This document shows positions 63,303 to 64,000 of a DNA stretch of 64,000 nt, in pieces. The notes beneath the pieces are model-generated. The model was not told where the DNA came from and searched no databases. It saw nothing but the letters and a program-made list of their open reading frames with translations. Source of the stretch: Fibrobacteria bacterium (GTDB lineage Bacteria > Fibrobacterota > Chitinivibrionia > Chitinivibrionales > FEN-1185); NCBI GenBank assembly GCA_037447435.1, contig JBBIGR010000012.1, positions 32,001 to 96,000 on the forward strand, given 5' to 3'. The position numbers and the translations under genes are program-made. The number at the start of each line of letters is the position of its first letter. The first letter of the stretch is position 1.

Positions 63303-63878
63303 TTAAAACAGTTTTTTAATTCTGTTGAATACGTCGTCGATGGAACCGAGCCCTTCGATATCTTTTACGATACCGTTTGGCCGATAATACTTGAGGCACG
63401 GTTCGCTTTGATTCTTATACGTATCGATGCGGTTTTGAATGACCTTTGGGTCTGCATCGTCGGCGCGGCCTTCGATGGTTGCGCGTTTCAAAAGACGGCT
63501 GCGAACTTCCTCGTCCGCAACTGCGATATTAATGACATAGTCGAGTTTCATGCCGAGCTCTTTTAATATTTTGTCCAGCGATTGCGCCTGCGGCACACTT
63601 CTGGGAAAACCGTCGAGCAAAAACCCTTGTTTCATGTCGGCCTGCGAAAGCCGGTCTTTCACCATTGCAATGGTGACTTCATCAGGCACCAGCTGGCCTT
63701 TGTCCGAATAGCTTTTCGCTGTTTTGCCGAGTTCCGTATTGTTTTTGATGTTATAACGAAACATGTCGCCCGTGGAAACATGCGGTAACGAAAGAAGCTC
63801 GACCAATTTTTTTGCCTGTGTTCCCTTACCGGCTCCCGGTGGCCCAAACAATACGATATTTTTTCCTGAATTTGCCAT
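63303..63878 (-). CDS. adk: Adenylate kinase (short LID)
   Basis: GPPGAGKGTQA, STGDMFR, GQLVPDE, LDGFPR, GRADD. Confidence 0.97.
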   Translation of the reverse strand: MANSGKNIVLFGPPGAGKGTQAKKLVELLSLPHVSTGDMFRYNIKNNTELGKTAKSYSDKGQLVPDEVTIAMVKDRLSQADMKQGFLLDGFPRSVPQAQSLDKILKELGMKLDYVINIAVADEEVRSRLLKRATIEGRADDADPKVIQNRIDTYKNQSEPCLKYYRPNGIVKDIEGLGSIDDVFNRIKKLF

Positions 63879-64000
63879 ACCTATATACCCCTTATTATAA
63901 AAAGATGTTTATCTACTATTAATATAAAACATCCCATACCATGGCTCAAATATTAAGATATGTATGGGTCCAATACCTATTTGAATCCTTATCCATCACT

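Overview
Gene-dense bacterial chromosome segment, probably Fibrobacterota (Chitinivibrionia/Chitinispirillaceae-like). This assignment is inferred from the secreted proteins with T9SS-like C-terminal domains, the NPF-motif lipoproteins and a group II GGGP synthase; it was not tested by search. Housekeeping genes fill both ends: rimO, obgE, rimI, pgsA, degP, guaB on the left, and mazG, aroB/A/E, leuCD, alaS, recA, adk on the right. Between them (about 9-39 kb) lies an accessory region of secreted or surface proteins: a thaumatin-like protein, a GH2, a VIT-domain protein and Ig-repeat proteins. The best candidate for a new system is a dispersed contractile-injection (T6SS-like) spike and effector set. 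It consists of an orphan vgrG (9.1-11.3 kb) and, 26 kb away, a PAAR-led cassette (37.0 to 28.2 kb). Both are preceded by a perfect TGTGA-N6-TCACA (CRP/FNR-type) box at class II spacing from an identical TATATT -10. The cassette encodes a DUF1795/Eag-type chaperone, candidate immunity genes and two large proteins that share an N-terminal scaffold. One of these ends in a peptidoglycan-binding domain plus a Bacillus Tgl-type transglutaminase domain with an intact Cys/Glu/His triad. The PAAR gene also appears to be cut mid-domain by a TAATG stop/start overlap. I saw no rRNA, tRNA, CRISPR array or intact transposase. All family calls come from motif recognition by eye, with no database searches.
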